A DNA stretch of 63,659 nt, the filler included, from assembly GCA_964501035.1 (NCBI GenBank). It is 3 parts of 3 records of this genome, joined end to end, with 100 filler letters (N's around TTAATTAATTAA, not from the genome) between each part and the next. Parts side by side here need not be neighbours in the genome. Positions count along the whole stretch, not along the records: positions 45,082 to 63,659 come from CAZCRK010000028.1; 2 more parts are not named here. One strand, 5' to 3'. Made by a program: the position numbers and the translations under genes. How positions within the stretch are numbered: position 1 is the stretch's first letter; every line of letters starts with the position of its first letter. Shown in pieces: positions 63,057 to 63,659 of the stretch. The notes beneath the pieces were generated by a model. The model was not told the DNA's origin. It made no database searches and saw nothing but the letters and a program-made list of their open reading frames with translations.

Positions 63057-63659
63057 TTAGAGATTGATTCCTAATACAACGAGTCCATCCATCCAGCCAA
63101 TATGACCAAGTTGCAATTCATTGGCTGTTTTTGCAGTCATGGCTTCTGTGGAACGAATGCCTCCGCGGACATCTAAAATTCCGCCTACTCTAAACCCATA
63201 GGTTGCTTCCATCATAAATCCAAGGGATGCACCGACAATACCGGTGCCGATTTTTATTTTTCCAGGGCCCGCCGGGAATGCCATATAGCCTATAGCAGAG
63301 ATACCGGAGTAAATATCCTCTAAGGGTGGCAGGTCATGTGTGAATTTGAATGTACCGACTTCTGCGCCGAATCGGAATTTCATACTTAACACTTGCATCA
63401 AGACCGGGAACTCGATACTGGCTCTCAGGTCAACATTGGATCCCCAATCGTTTAAATGCCTGTTTACAAAACGTGGTGACCCGGCTTGTAGATCAATGGT
63501 GTAGCCTAAATTATCCGCCTCATCTGCTAAGGCTTTATTATCATCCTCATCATCTTCGTATTCTTCTTCATCTTCATATTCCTCATCATCTTCTTCATCT
63601 TCGTAATCATATTCATCATCTTCGTACTCTTCGTCGTCTAGATATTCATCGTCTTCGTA
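63057..63659 (-). CDS. Probable outer-membrane beta-barrel protein with an Asp/Glu/Tyr-rich tract; 5' end outside window
   Basis: Frame is open from the window end: YEDDEYLDDEEYEDD...NKALADEADNLGYTIDLQAG..., then alternating beta-strand pattern ending VVLGINL. Confidence 0.65.
   Translation of the reverse strand, partial: YEDDEYLDDEEYEDDEYDYEDEEDDEEYEDEEEYEDDEDDNKALADEADNLGYTIDLQAGSPRFVNRHLNDWGSNVDLRASIEFPVLMQVLSMKFRFGAEVGTFKFTHDLPPLEDIYSGISAIGYMAFPAGPGKIKIGTGIVGASLGFMMEATYGFRVGGILDVRGGIRSTEAMTAKTANELQLGHIGWMDGLVVLGINL

Noticed and set aside
63541..63659. TCA/TCT/TCG triplet microsatellite-like tract
   Set aside because: Explained as the Asp/Glu/Tyr-rich coding region of the minus-strand gene.

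Overview
AT-rich bacterial sequence, most likely an FCB-group organism such as Marinimicrobia (inferred from gene content and the dockerin and FlgD-Ig-type C-terminal domains; not provable here). The window contains three contigs joined by artificial N-TTAATTAATTAA-N linkers (22533-22632, 44982-45081), so synteny across those joins is meaningless. Contig 1 begins with an integrase-less integron-like cassette array: an attC-like hairpin, an attI-like site, and a cassette whose two ends carry unusual segmented inverted repeats. Next come a chorismate mutase and a CDF transporter, then a 15-gene trp/phe/tyr/shikimate super-operon preceded by an unannotated FWWYF leader-peptide attenuator, then trhP, tig-clpP-clpX and a cohesin-like secreted protein. 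Contig 2 holds pgeF-uppP-holA, an ECF sigma/anti-sigma pair, a glycosylation locus with a WbdD-like methyltransferase plus kinase pair and YfhO, an orphan histidine kinase, and two dockerin-tailed secreted proteins (C25 gingipain-like and CotH). Contig 3 starts with a 7-blade repeat gene that encodes no alanine and has one GpC dinucleotide in about 1.45 kb. It continues with small genes and tadA, and ends with an operon for a roughly 4,200-aa Calx-beta/Ig giant surface protein. No rRNA, tRNA or CRISPR array was recognised.
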